A stretch of 61,750 nt of DNA, filler included, from Choristocarpus tenellus KU-1152 (taxonomy: Eukaryota; Protista; Phaeophyceae), in assembly GCA_964200185.2 (NCBI GenBank). It is 6 parts of 6 records of this genome, joined end to end, with 100 filler letters (N's around TTAATTAATTAA, not from the genome) between each part and the next. Parts side by side here need not be neighbours in the genome. Positions count along the whole stretch, not along the records: positions 1 to 13,451 come from CAXNAD020001491.1; 5 more parts are not named here. One strand, 5' to 3'. The notes under the pieces are model-generated. The model did not search any database, had not been told where the DNA came from, and worked only from the letters and a program-made list of their open reading frames with translations. The translations under genes were made by a program, and so were the position numbers. Below, piece after piece: positions 1 through 13,551 of the stretch. How positions within the stretch are numbered: the stretch's first letter is position 1; the number at the start of each line of letters is the position of its first letter.

Positions 1-5
1 CATAC

Positions 6-45
<40 letters not shown>

Positions 46-57
46 AGATACTTTGGC
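1..57. mobile_element. Right end of a family-B MITE (poly-C tract plus CAGATACTTTGGC terminus)
   Basis: C run followed by CAGATACTTTGGCC, matching the ends at 7605-7624, 13552-13573 and 25600-25624. Confidence 0.6.
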
Positions 58-216
58 CCATTCCTACTATACTAGGAGATGGCAGCCTCTATTGAAATTT
101 CTGGAATTCTCACATGATACCATGTGGATGTACTCAAAGTGAGAGACCCTTTCCCAGGACTAGAGTAGATCCAGGGGTGTGGATGGCAAGTTCAAAGTCA
201 GCATGTTCAAGGAAGA

Positions 217-248
217 CACACGCACACACACACACACTCACACACACA
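217..248. repeat. Imperfect (CA)n microsatellite
   Basis: acacacgcacacacacacacactcacacacac. Confidence 0.9.
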
Positions 249-562
249 ATTCTGAAGAGATATTCCCATTGCCTCCCTCCTCCATCAACACATGCGTGCA
301 CATACTCCAGTATGTAAAAAACACACCAACACCCCAGAATTACCCTCAAACTGAGCTTATAATACAGAGAGACACTTCGAATTTCTCCACAGGAACTCCA
401 AATAATTATCATCTCGCTTGTAGTCTGATACACAGAAGTCCTGGACCTGTCGCACAGGGGCTGGCCAAGCATTATCACTTGATGTAATGCAAGGCCATTA
501 GCACATAGCCTGGGAATCTAGACTGCCAGAAGATATTATGTCACCTGCGATATCCCCCTCAC

Positions 563-3500
563 CTCTATTGAGCCGTACTCAACAAGGAAACACCTATCAA
601 CACTGTCCCCCTCTGACACAAGTACTTCCCCCGGACGCAAGTGCAGGGTGCTGAAAGCCCCTGCAAGTCGGGAGAACGCCTGCTTATCCAGGGCACCCTT
701 AGGAATTGCAAAGAGGGAAGGAGGAAGTCAAATATTTAATATAGGGTAAACAAAAGTACTCCCCGAGTACTTTGGAATACATGGTTTAATTGTAGATAGC
801 AAGGAATTTGGCAAAGTGAATAGAACCCCAAGGTATTAATGGGTAGTTTGTAAGGCAGAGTGAGTTGAATGCCTTCTTCCCACACAATAATATAGGAGAG
901 AGGAAGCAACTTGTGGGTTGGATAAGAACAGATCTATGAAGAAGAGATTATACTGAGTCTTTTACAAAGTCCAGAAATAGCAATAGATAGTGCAAAAATG
1001 TACTGCATCCGATCAAGGTCCAGAAATTAGGTCAAGATTGGATGAGGAGTGTGATAATTGACCATGGGAAATTGCTATTGGATGGGGCTAGAGGGTTGTA
1101 TTCATAGGGTGGCAAGCAGGGGCAACTGAACAAAACTATGAACTTTATAATGTCCAAAAAGTGTATTAATGTATGCCGAAGTACCCGGTCCACAAACAAT
1201 GTCTAACATCAAAGGGATACGGGAGGTTGCTACATGGAAGTGCATTCAACCGGCTCACAATGACTTATAGACTGTTTTACGGGAATAGTTGCTTTTGAAC
1301 CCATGTCCTAACCTCGTGGGTGTCTCTATCTATTTCCCAACGGAGAAGGTCCTACAGGTCTGTGAGGCCCATGATGAAGAAATGTGGTGCATGCCATATG
1401 TGCAGTGCAAAGGATAAACTGAGGTAGTGGAGCATTTGGTATACTTAATGTGGTGGACATGTTCTTGCACTTTAAATGAGGTGTGTGTTTAAACGGAATT
1501 GAAAGGGGGGATGCTGAGTACCTACTGACAAGGGTGTGTAGGTGTATGGGTGCATGAACCGGTAGGTGTGTTTAGGGAGGATAGGCTTGGAGTGGATGTG
1601 TGCGAGTGGGTGCACCTATCATTTGTGGTGGTGGGGGGGAATTGACTGGGGTCAGGATGGACGCAAGGATGTTAGACTAGCAGGTGTTGGAGGGTGTTCA
1701 TGTTGGAGGGAATGACACAGAAATACGCATGTTGTGGTCACCAGCTCAGGTAAGGCCGCAAGCCAGGCCACACGTTGCACAAGAGAAGCGCTTGCAGAGA
1801 GGGCAAGCATCTCTCGAAACTTGTTGCGGTGGAGAGTAAACAACACAGAATCTTCAACCACCTGCATTCGTTCAAAAACCCAGGTGATGGGCATGGCAAG
1901 ATTTTAAGTGATTGAACACTCTGGTACAGCAGTGAAGCAAAAGGAACTGAGGGTGCCAAAGTGTGGGTGCTTCAGGAAGGGTTTGGCGGAGTGGGGTAAG
2001 AGTGACTGTCGATTGCACCACTACACAGCACTTGGATACTGCAGAGCGCATGTTACATTCAGTCTTTTTATGCCACAGTCACATCAGAATGTTGATCAAT
2101 TGGGACATTTTCACAGTTGATGCCATTGTGCGCGCACCTCATCAGTCACCTCTTTTCCTCTTACGTCTAACAGCTCAAGATTGTGGTAGATTATGCTCAA
2201 GTGAGCAGAGTGCTTCGAATTAGAAACAATGGATACAGCAGGAGACGCTGAACTCTCCAGGTGTCTTGCCACTGGGTGGCTGACCCAATCAATGAGCTGC
2301 AGCAGTTTGATTGCTTTGATGAGCACATGGCCTTACTTTATATTGTTGCTTGTTTTACTTTACAAGGCAAAGGACTCTTATGTGACTATGGCAAATTTGT
2401 GCTCAAGTGAAATCCACACCCTCTAAAAGGTATGTTAGATAAATTATGAGGTTAATTGCATTGTAAAGTCCTGAGTGAAATTAGGGGAAGAAATATACTC
2501 TACTTATCTCGAAAAGCGACAAACAAGGGAATCTATCTGCGTCTCTGCCACTGCCAGAGTAATGAATACATTGACCCACATGTTAATGTTAGTTCACTCA
2601 TGACTAGGTTTAGGATACCACACCGATGAGCCTGAAGGTCATGTATTGGGTGCATTATCGGTGGTAGGAACATTTGACTAGTATCGTCCAAATGATTAAA
2701 AGGACAAGAGTTCCCTCTTGGTGTCCCCAGGACTACAAGCTTTGATATTGTCCCCCCCTTATTCGAAATGGAAGACTGAAATAGTTGTGATGTAGGTTGT
2801 AGTGCTTCTCCGTGGGAGGCATGCACCAGTTTCATTCAACTCACCTTCACACTAGCGCTCCGGGGTGTGTGATAGAGTAGAGCCAGCTCCCCAACAGCCC
2901 CTCCTGGCCCAACGTGCCTTGTGAGAACCCCCTTCATATAGACTTCCATCTTCCCTGACTTGATGACATACATTGTGTCACCTTTCTCACCCTCTTTCAT
3001 TAGCCATTCGCCTGCTGACCGTGTCTCCTTCCCCATTGTGTCCAGTACAGCATTCATCTGCGTATTGCCAAAGAGGTTATGCCTCATACTACTTGGGGAT
3101 CGAATTTAATGGAGGGGTGGGTAAGGCATGTTGTCCCTTGCCTCCCTTGCCTCCCTTATTGTTTCTATCGATATGAAATGTGCACATGTGTGTACACATC
3201 CACACATACTCAACTCAGCTTGAGTATCCCATTGACAACGGGAAGCCCTCTCTCCACCAAGGCTTATCACTGATATCTTTATTTCTGACGAACCCCTCAA
3301 ACAACCCCTGCCATTGGCGAGAAATAGTAATCTTGGAACAGTTCCCCACGCAGTCCTGGTACACGCCTAGTTGCTAGACTGGCCTTTATGAAAATCTTTC
3401 TTACAAGGACACGGAGAGCTCAGATATTTGGAAGTGTAAAGCAGAGCAGTGGTTACGACAGCACTTCTTACTGCAGTGTTCAAGCTTTGCAGGGTATAGC

Positions 3501-6500
3501 TAGGAGAAAATAGTTGAAAAAAGAAGGCATTCCATGAAACCTCAGCCCGTCCACCTGGTTCTGCAGATCCGAGCTCATGAAGAAGATATTTTCCAGCGCC
3601 TCCAGCACAAGCTTGTCATTCCCATCAGCGAAGATTTCCTACCAAGTTGGGATCACCATGCAAAGATTTGTGGAGGGAAGGGTAAAATTGCTCTCAATGT
3701 GTTTCTTCACTTTTGCATGCAGCATTCTGAGTCATTTTCCAGACATATGAGTGTATGTGCGAGATAAAATTACTCTTGTTGATGATTCGTTGACCCCTCT
3801 GAAACTTTCCAAACTCTTTTGACTCAGCACTAGTCAACCATGAAAAGATGATTGTGACACCATAGCACGATGGTACCCCTCTCCTCTAAGCACATTTTTT
3901 GCGAACCGCTTCAAACTGACCTTAGATGCATTTGACTGAGATTACGTGTGACCTACCAGATCCCTGCCATGCTTTTTGAACATACCACAGCCAGAACCAT
4001 AACTCTTCCTGGGGCATACATAACATCCAGGACTGGCGAGTTTCTACGACTTGAAGCAGAAAGTACTTCTCCCTCGACTGACATTGTGCAATTCCCATCC
4101 CCAGGCTGATTCCCCAAAGAAAAACCGTCCAAGACATTGTTGCAACGTGAGACTTCACAAACAACAGGGTGAATTTCGTGCTGGTGCTATTGGGGTGCTC
4201 TCTGTCGGTAAGGTCGCTCAATGGCAAGGAGGCGAGCTTGCTTATACACTGTGGTTGCTCTCCTGATAGGGACTTTGATATTTTGGCATGAGATGGGATT
4301 TGGACCATCAACATAAACAAGTATCAAGCTTTGAGCTACTCGAGCAGAAAATTCCAAGGTTTTCATTTTCTAAGAATAAAATTTTGTTCAACCACCTACA
4401 CCTACCAATAGCAGCATGTTCAGCTTGGTGAGTAAGGGTAAACTGGTGACAGAGATCACTGAAACCACTGCTGGAAAAGGCCATTTGAACCAGGTTTCTC
4501 CTGTGAACCCTATACAAAATGTTCCTCTAGATATTCCAATTGATTGTATCTCGTCCATACTAACATCCCCTAACCCTAAGATGGAATATCCATATGTTAA
4601 ACCAAAAAAAAAGTCTAAATCTATTTATGTACTCATACTCTCATACATTAAAAAAAACATATTCTGACTGTTCAGGTTCTCCCAGATATGCACTAACATC
4701 AGTTTTGACCCAGTGATTTTCAAAGGGAATCCTAAAATAAAAATGTTCTTAGTTGTGCCCTTCTTTGTGAGACTTTTTACCCTGTCCCAAAAGATCATCA
4801 CCAAACTACCCCCAAGACAGTAGTGTCGTTTACCTGAACACAATGCCTTTTCTTTGGCAGGACAAGCTGGAAAATTGGTCTAACCCGACAACCAGTCTCC
4901 CAGTCTTTGTTTTTCCTTTCCCCTTGCTCATACCCTTCAAGTGTCATCTCCATGCCCCATTGCTTGCCTTGGTTAGGTCGACCCCCCCTTTGAATTTTGC
5001 CATCTCTTTTTGGGCAGATGCCAGACTGAAATTAACCCCTTCCTCAAATATTCGACTTCGGCGGTGTCTCTTCTTGTCATCAGCAACCACACCAAGAGCA
5101 GATGCTCGCCTGGGGGACAAGTCAGAATCTGTCTTGATGCACATCGGTGTGTCTCGTCTGACTGGAGCAGTTTGGGGATATTCAGTTATGGCGGGGGAGG
5201 TTGGTGTATGGAATAGGAAAGGGTTGGACACAACTTTATGTTCCCTAAGGTTATGGGAGTTAAGTCAACAAGCAGAGGTGAGAAATGGTAACCTGGAGCT
5301 GAGGTTGGTCTTCAGGGTTGGACATACTCTTTGCCATGATTCCTGAATCACTCGGAGGGGGGAATGAAATGCGCACAAGTGAAACATGTAATTTTGAGGG
5401 GGAAAAGACAGCGGTTTGTAGTTCGGGGAATGAAAACATTAGACACTTGGTGAGAGATGCCCATCATATCAACACAGTATATGCTTAAATTGGATTCGTG
5501 GCTGAAGCAAATGATCTGTCCCAAGACTCTGAAGCATTCCCTATTCCGCTTCAGGTCATGCTTGATCAGCTTATCCAAGTCATTGTTGAGTGCAACGGTG
5601 TGCATCCTGGGTTTTGACACTATCATAAGCAGAGATTTTGTGGATACGTGCTGTCCAGTGATCAAGTTTTAGCGCCCAATCTACCTCGATACTCTTTCAT
5701 GCAGGTCAGCATGGATATTACCTTCCACGCTCTGTTCATTAACCCCACATTTCCTAAAGCGCACCGTTTGGCAGGAACTCGGTGCTCCCTGCCCTGCCAG
5801 AAGAACTTAAGCCTGTTCTTCTAGGTTCGTCAATGTTGTTGCTGGGTTCAGCTCTTGCAGCACAAGCCCTTTCGAAGAAGTCCTCGTTTGTCTGTCCTTC
5901 CTCCTTGGCCTTGAAGGGATGTATTGAAGGGATAAACAAGGGGGAGAAGGAGGTTTAGGGAGTGATTGTTGCACCATATCTCTGACGAGATTGGTTGCCT
6001 AGGAAGTAGTAGGGCTATTGGGGAGGCATTTGGACTCTCGATATCGAAATTCATGATTGGTTCTTACCCTGGACAAAATTGCATTGCGGATGACCACCCT
6101 AGGTCCCGTTTCGAAAGTATTGTCCCTTGGATTACTTCTTGTGTCTTCTCGTGGATACACGCCACCCTTCACAATTCCACATTCTAACTATATGTAAGAC
6201 TACTAGAGGCTGGGCATTGGATAAAGCATATAGACTACTACGTCTCAATGAAGGATTCCAAGGAGGGAAGGAAGAACGAAGATGATAGCATGCCAGCAGT
6301 ACAAGAATGTGTGTCGGGTAGAGACAACTCCCTGTAGTTGCGTTGTAAGAACAAGTGTGTAGAACCAACCGTAAACGGGAATTGACACAAGTGGTTGGCA
6401 TTGTATACCTTTTTGAAACGTTCTCTGTATACGGCAAATTCTGATGCGTTAGCTGTGAGGTTGCTCCCGTCACTACCTCTCCGGGTCGACGCTCCCGATC

Positions 6501-6504
6501 CCAT
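563..6504 (-). CDS. N-myristoylation-motif cyclic-nucleotide-binding protein (cGMP-dependent kinase / PKA regulatory-like), 3' part not resolved or outside the window
   Basis: Frame-consistent exons: 6504-6409 (MGSGAST...RFKK), 5909-5765, 5161-4968 (contains KKRHRRSRIFEEG; GC donor), 3638-3555, 3057-2845 (CNB-A: LMKEGEKGDTMYVIKSG...GELALLYHTPRSASVK), 1861-1742, 697-563 (start of CNB-B: LRPGEVLVSEGDSVDRCFLVEYGSIE). No kinase domain is seen in the window. Confidence 0.85.
720..1650 (+). mobile_element. Decayed non-LTR retrotransposon (LINE) 3' region inside an intron
   Basis: Stop-riddled coding-like sequence. About 1391-1450 reads CHMCSAKD...VVEHLVY..C across a frameshift, resembling the C-terminal CCHC zinc knuckle of LINE ORF2. 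Confidence 0.4.
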
Positions 6505-7495
6505 GTTGTTGAACAACCTCGCACTTATGCCCCTTAGCTCAAGACAAACCGATGGTGCACTGTAGGATACTGACCCTGATAACCTGCGGTGACCAGGGTC
6601 AGCTTAACGGGAAGCAGAGGATACTAACGTTATGTACGTTGAGTACCGTCCAGTGGTTGTTCTCTGTCCAAGGTCAGGCGACCAAGGACCCTCCACATTT
6701 GGTAATAATCGTTACAGTTACAAAAAAGAGCCAGTATCGATTAGTGTAACAGGAAGTCTACAATATAACCATGAGTCGAAGATACATGTGCAGGTACACG
6801 TTGTAGCTGCCTGCTGCTAAGATTCGAACGATCCAGGAGGGGCTCCATGACTTGACTGATAGCACCCGACATGTAGCGTATAACTTCAGCACACATACGC
6901 TCCAGGTCAAATACAAAAACACCCAATGAAGAGTTACATCATCTCCACTCACATCACAAAAACTTTTCTTTTACAAACACATTATTGTACTACAGAGTCA
7001 TGAAGCACAGTATCACAGTAGTTAAGTATTGGCACTATGAACAGGTCAATTACATGGATGGGTGGAACTGGATGGTGGTAATGACCACTACTATGACAGT
7101 GTTTCTACGTTCTTCATAGTGAAGTGTTGCTCAAGTACAGAGAAATGCACAGGACGTAGTAGGTGCACAACGGAGATCAAAACTATTAATACTACGATTG
7201 CCATACGAAGAAGTTCCTGGTTATGCAACAGCATGCAGGACTTGATATGAGTGTTGATGGGCATTCAAAATGTGTTTATTTTTCTTGTTGAGTGAGAGCT
7301 TTTCTGTTGCATTATTTGATGGAGCTCTAGCAATGTCAAGTCAAGGTGTGGAAGAAGCAATCTCTATAGAGTTTAGTCAAGTAAATAGTGAAGTGAAAAG
7401 GGTTGTTGCTGTAGCAAAGACATTATAATTAAGTCTTGTTTTATTCAACAGCAGCAGATTTGACAGGACTGACAAGATGACAGTGGCTGTGATCA

Positions 7496-7624
7496 AGCTC
7501 AAAGTATCTGGGAGGGGGTGGCGGCTGTCCATTTGGGGTCAATTTTTTCATNNNNNNNNNNCTGATTTTGGTCCAAATGGACACCCTGGTCTAGACCCCC
7601 CCCCCCTCCCAGATACTTTGGGTC
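7496..7624. mobile_element. Family-B MITE with 4-bp TSD (ATCA)
   Basis: TIRs (A)GCTCAAAGTATCTGGGAGGGG and CCCCTCCCAGATACTTTGGGTC; internal GTCCATTTG/CAAATGGAC motifs; ATCA at 7492-7495 and 7625-7628; small internal N gap. Confidence 0.8.
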
Positions 7625-8365
7625 ATCACCATTATCTTAGCATCATCAAGGCTAGTATTTGTAGGGACCAAAATTTTCTTAATCACACAGAATTAGTATT
7701 AGTAGCAGTGTGGCAGTAAGGACTCACCAGCATGACCACCTAGTCGGTCAATTCACCTGTTCAACAAATAGAGCAACGAAGTACCCTTCAAGGCTATTAT
7801 CACATAAAAAATCTAAGTTATCGTGTTGTATAATGTACACTGGTTATTTAGTTCCTATGAATTGTGTACATAACTGAAAACGGGTTGGTGTTGACAGCTT
7901 AAAAGGTCAGAATAATCACAGTCCTGGCATACAGTACAAAAAAAATAGGGTAGAGACTACACACACGGACAGACTTAAATCATGTTCTGTCTCTGTTTCC
8001 CTACCAGGGACAACACCTCCTGCGAAATGCCAGCGGGGATACCAAAAACACACGAACATACGATTGGAGCTCTATTCTGAGGTTAAACTGAAAACCCCCG
8101 TGCTCTGCTCGGTTTTGAAAGGTATTTGGTCCGCTGCTCGACCTCTGACTTCAGCTCTCAGTCACACACTTGTCAATGCAGTGAAAGTTAACACAACAAG
8201 ACGATATCTCAACACTTGTGGTTCCCCTCCCAGACTTCTGCTGGTACCCGTACTCTTCTGGAAGCATCCCACCTTCTGAACATGTAGTTTATATGCTATC
8301 ACCCCATCCTCCTGTACCGCAAGTAACCTCAATATTCCTAGTGTGTGGGCATTTTTCATGACTTA

Positions 8366-11300
8366 TCATGAAGCCCGCTGCTGCTGACATTGCTCTCCTT
8401 GCTGGTACTTTCGAATCTCGATTTCAACCTCTCTTGCCTGCTGTAACAGGGCCTTGATCACAGGGTCGTCCACATATTCCTCCAAACTCAATTCTTTTGC
8501 CCAACCTTCAACAACACTCTTGTCCTTGTCAATATTATCAAGCAATCGACTCTCCTTTGGTGCAGTCTCTCTGAAAGGCAACCTCCATAGAGTCCTCTGG
8601 CAGGTTGGTTGTGAGATGGGTACTAGATCACATGTGATGGTGAGGTGAGTTGTGGGGATAGGGCCCGCTGCTGTAGCAATAGTAGAGGATTCTACCTTAG
8701 CATTGCATGCAGGGCAGCTCTCATCAGCTAAGGTTGGGTGACAGCAGGATATGCTTTCAGCCTTGCCTCCAACACAAACAGGTGCACTTGGTTGTGCCAC
8801 TGAAAGGCTGCGCTCGTTTTCACTCAGTGAACTGGTCCTGCCAATTTTATGCTCTTCAATCGACGGGCAGCATCCATCAAATGACTCTGACCCCTGTCTC
8901 TCCCCCTCAACATTATCATCCACCACCTTTCTTTCCATCTCATTGCCCTTCCCTTCAATCTCCCAAGGAGCGACAGCTGTGGAAGGTAACTTTGTGTTAT
9001 GAGACCAATCTGAAGATAGGCCCACCTCTCTTGGGTTACGCACCATGGACTCTGTACAGAGTGGAGGCGTTGTCTGAATGTAAACACGACACCCACAACA
9101 ATGCCCTGCTCCCAGAGACTCCTTCGAATCCCTCCTGTTGCACTCTCCTTGCCTCGTGGGTCCATGTTCACAGCACAGGTTTGAACCTTGGGAGTGTTCC
9201 TTATCTTGTCCCCTCTCTCGGGAGTATTTTTTTACTTCATTCCATACCTCATTTTCTCCTCCAGCTACTTTTCCTGCCTCTTCCTTGGCTTCACCATGAG
9301 TTGCCTGCCCTAGTACTTCAGCCACCAGATCTTGGGAATCTCTTCTGTCGACCATGACACCTACCCTTGGGCAAATTGAAGGGGCGCCCTTTATCAATTC
9401 CGGCTCTGGATCACTTACCAAATCCAGATTTCGCAGTGTTTCCACTGCAGCCCTCCTCTCTGACCCTGTATCTGCGTAGGCTGACCCCAATTTCCTGACA
9501 CCGGCAAATCCATTTCTTTCTGCAGCACTTCTTTTCGAACTCTTTCCTAAACCCTTGTCGGAGACAAACGTTGCATTGATATCCTCATCCCGCTCTCGGC
9601 CACCATCGACATCTAATACACCTAGAGACAAAAGGCGCTCATGGAGGTCCTCTTGCAACAGGTCATGGGTGGAGAGCGTGTAAGATCTAGCAAGGGAATC
9701 AATGCTTAATCCAGACCATGCAACCCTTTCAGGGGTATGCACAGTAGAATCTGGGGACAAGTATGGTGGTATTGGTGCTTCTTGTCGGGCTGTACTCAGG
9801 GAGCTGATGCCTTGAGTGAACTCCTGTAGAGCCCTTGCCCCTAAATTGTAACGGCTTTGCTCCTGTGGCAATGCCATCTCCCCATGAGATGAAAAACTTA
9901 GAGTGTCCGCGTGTCCCATCTCTAACGGAACCTGGGCCTGCTTGGCAAGGGACACAGATGGGTTATTCCGTCAGTGCAGTTGCACTTGGTCAAAACAAGG
10001 TCCAGGGCGGAGAAATAGTGGTCGATTTACTTCGTGCATAATCAGATGGGGATACACAAGAGGTAACTGATTGTCAACTGACAGTTTCACCACCAAATTC
10101 GGCCTGCTGCAAACCAAAACCGATCAATTCTTTGCCTAGTGAGCAGGTCCTTTGAGACCCATTCAGCAGTTTTCATCTCATTCCCAAAGTTCTCAAGGGG
10201 TTGCAGAGAAATAGATCAAAAATATATCATAATAACACCTTCCAACAGAAAAGAACAACGTGGATTAAAACATTCTCCAGAAAACGTCCTTCCAATAGAA
10301 AAGCACTAGGAAGTGTATCGAAAAACGGTATAACCTGCTCAGTAGTGCTACACGCAACAACAGTATGATGTGTAGCAAAAGTAAAACAACAACAGCATTC
10401 TAGATGAAGACAACATGCCTCGCCCTCCTTCCCTATGAGAAGATCTTGACACCGCTTTAGCAGGGTGCTCGCCCGAGTGTCCAGTTCGGAGAGGTCAGTT
10501 GCACCATCTTCTTCACAACCACTTGTAGCATCAACAAGGTCTACTGAGACCTCGCTGTTAGTGTCGCGCACAGGCTGCCCTATCCCCATTCTTCTTGCCT
10601 TGTCACTATCCTGCAGGAAAGAAGAGGGTCGGAATGGTAGTGATTTGGTCTCCGAGATCTGTTTCCAGGCACAACGAGAATGACTTTATGCCGTGCACTA
10701 GTTTGCATGTACTAAAGCTGCACCTTCTCAGTTCCCCTTCCTTTGGCCTCATCTTTGCTTTCACGTATGTCCTTCAAGTTCCCACTCTCTTTCGTTGTCT
10801 CTGGGAACTTCTCTCTGGGGCAGCCTTCCCAGGCACTACTCAGGGGAGCCAGTGGTTGGAGGGAAGGCAGAGGCAATGGAGTCAAAGTCTGCTCTCTTAC
10901 TCTTTGCAGTACTTCTTGAGCTTGAAGTAAAGCGTCACCATCTTGAATGTCTTCTTTGACAGTTGACACTGGTGTTGTTGGAAACACCTGAATTCCTACC
11001 TCTCCTTCCCCCTCGAATTTTCTTAGTTGTTCCTTTCTCCCTGCCTGCTCCGGTACGGCAAGCGGACTATCTGCCAGTGAGCAAGGTAACTCGACGGGGG
11101 GATCTCCAGCGGACACTTCATCAGGGTGGCTTGGACTACAAGTCCCCATGTCGCAGTTATTCACCAGGGCTGGTTCTGCTGATGAGGCGGAAGTCACCGT
11201 CACACCAACCTCTAGTTGCTGTTTCTGCATTTCACCCTCTGGTTGCAACTCTGTGGGGTTTCTGATATGGTCATCGTTGGGTTGGAGCTCTTCTTCGTGT

Positions 11301-12125
11301 CCTCGCCGTAGCCACCTTCCTCAATGGGGAGAGAGACGAAAGGGAAAGGTCGAAAAAAGGGTGCTTAGAGAAGGGTCTGCCTTATAAACTGCGTAAACGC
11401 ATCAGTGGAATGCGACTGAGACTTCAAATCTCGCTATCGATATTTTGACCCTGGGAAGTGTTCGATGGTATGCCTCACGATGAAAGTGGTGAGAGAAACT
11501 TACGTACACGTAGACCGCCAGTTTACGCAATTCCTAGTCATTGCATGTCATGTACCACAAACTATTTCCTCAAGAAGTGATGATACATTAGAGGTACGCA
11601 ATACTAGTCACCTGATCAATCGGGTCCCAACTATGTAGTGGAGTAAGGTTTGAGCACTTTTGATGGGTAAAAACAACCTTTTTCAAGTATTTCAAGTGCA
11701 GATGACAAGGAGATAATTAGCCCTACAGTGTTCACCCCCCACTAGAACTTGGATCAACATCCATCTCCGTCGGCATTGGAGCCCGAAGTCCAGAGGGTAG
11801 AGCTAAGGCACATGTGTTCCTACAGAATTGCTACGAGGTTAGCGGTATTAATAGTACCAAGTCGAGCCCTGACCTCAACGGATGTGGTCTCAACGCATTG
11901 CTGAGGCGACTGAGCGGTAGGAGGAGAGGGAAAAAAACATCTTTATACCCCGAAGGAATAAACGTCGGGTTGGAACATCACAGCACACGATTTTGCTCAC
12001 CAGAATTCTTCCTCCATACCAGGTCGTTGCTGTAGTCTTTGCTGTGGGGGAAGTGGCTTGGCCTCACGAAAGCGGCGGATGAATCTTGCCACAGTCGTGT
12101 CATTCTCCATTACGCTCCTCCAAAC
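8366..12125 (-). CDS. PROSER3-like (proline/serine-rich protein 3 family) low-complexity protein
   Basis: Exons 12125-12001 (MENDTTVARFIRRFREAKPLPPQQR...EEFW), 11315-10724 (WLRRGHEE...), 10610-10419 (DLSELDTRASTLLKRCQDLL; GC donor), ~9943-8366 (ends EEYVDDPVIKALLQQAREVEIEIRK..., stop at 8366). The three conserved islands resemble PROSER3 motifs as I recall them; the exact 5' end is uncertain. Confidence 0.65.
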
Positions 12126-12597
12126 CTACTACGTGGTGTTTGCAAGAAATTGAGCACTAGTTTCTGATAATAGCAACAGGGAATGTGTGGGGTCTCCTGC
12201 TATGTAGTCCACCCTACATTGTCGAGAAGACCAACAAGCTTTCCAACCATCTAAAAAGAGAGGTCGAGCTTACTTGACCCTCAGGCTGACGAGAGGGGGC
12301 CAAACATTAGGTTCTGTTCTTACCGTACTCAGTGCATCCACGATGCTCCACTTCTTCCTTTAGCCTCTCTTTGTCACATCGAGAGATGGAGAGGATATTT
12401 TTTGAACAGAAGCTTGAGACAGAAAGGGTGTACCCTATTTTGTACTTCCTTTATCAATTTGAAATGAAAATATAACTGGAGATGTTCCACCATCATATCA
12501 ACACACACAATGGAAGTGGGTTATGTAATTTTCAAGAGGGTGATAAATCAGATACCAACACAAAACCAGCCAATAAAAGTAGAGCGGATATACTTTT

Positions 12598-12655
12598 CAT
12601 TGGTTTTCCCCCTGACACATCTGCAAAATGTCAGCGGGCATAATAATATAATATA
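12598..12655 (-). mobile_element. Helentron/HINE-like terminus (TTATGCCC...hairpin)
   Basis: TTTCCCCCTGACACATCTGCAAAATGTCAGCGGGCATAATAA, with a CTGACA-loop-TGTCAG stem ending GGGCATAA. The same motif recurs at ~56024, ~60250 and ~60799. Confidence 0.5.
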
Positions 12656-13451
12656 ATCTATTGCACATCTGATTCATAACCAATACAACAATCCTACAGT
12701 CTTCAAAGAATCGCATCCGACCTACCTTATGGGCACACTCCATCGATACGATCTTAACTTCCATCGGAAGGAAAACGACCCCTACCTATTTGTGATGATC
12801 TGGGTCAAGTAAATTACGAGAGGATTGAAGCAACTTACTTGAAGTAAAATATATATTTTTTACTTGTTTTTTCCCACCAATCGCAAGAGAAATAATGCAG
12901 TCACTGGCATTATTTTACACTAAGCCCATGTCCATATAATTGGGTTTTGAGGATCTTAAGTTTTTCCGGAATAAAAGATGTTTCCTCCCTTCGGAATTAA
13001 ATGTAACATAACTATTGCAGCCCCAATGAAGAAGTAAGATTTTTCACATGTTGATATTTTATGGTTATATTGTGCAGACACTAAAAGGTTCCCCATCACA
13101 TCTCAAGCAAAATGGGGCAGCCTACACCTATCTGTGATTCCACCCCTGAAGCCCTTGAAAACTCCATTCGAGCATGATATTTTGCTGCATCCACCAGGGC
13201 TTTCGGGGGGTGCTTGCCTGCCTTCTCAGGCTTTTCTCTACTAACATGGGAAATTTTGAATACTTTGTCACCCTTGGACTAAAGCACTTCACCCTAGAGG
13301 GCAAAGAGACTCTGTCAGATGTACTCTAGTTTCTCCCACAGGTACATATTGAATGCTCCATTGTCACCTCCACCAAAGAGTGGATTTTAACAATTGAGGA
13401 TGGAGCGTACTATTGAGGATGGGTTTGACCGAAAATGGTTCGGAAAAAGTA

Positions 13452-13551
13452 NNNNNNNNNNNNNNNNNNNNNNNNNNNNNNNNNNNNNNNNNNNNTTAAT
13501 TAATTAANNNNNNNNNNNNNNNNNNNNNNNNNNNNNNNNNNNNNNNNNNNN
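13452..13551. other. Artificial assembly linker (N run with TTAATTAATTAA); same at 27071-27170, 48985-49084, 54411-54510, 57786-57885
   Basis: Identical 100-nt N44-TTAATTAATTAA-N44 spacer with stops in all six frames. Confidence 0.95.

Noticed and set aside
3922-4320. 132-aa intronic ORF, possible transposon Cys-rich tail
   Set aside because: There is no convincing motif, and it is not needed for the exon chain.
8707-9357. Long plus-strand ORFs antisense to real exons (also 4843-5346, 10963-11265, 53430-53993, 58594-59067)
   Set aside because: They are shadow frames of the opposite-strand coding sequence.
13496-13507. TTAATTAATTAA palindrome repeated five times in the window
   Set aside because: It is always centred in 100-nt N runs, so it is an artificial six-frame-stop linker.
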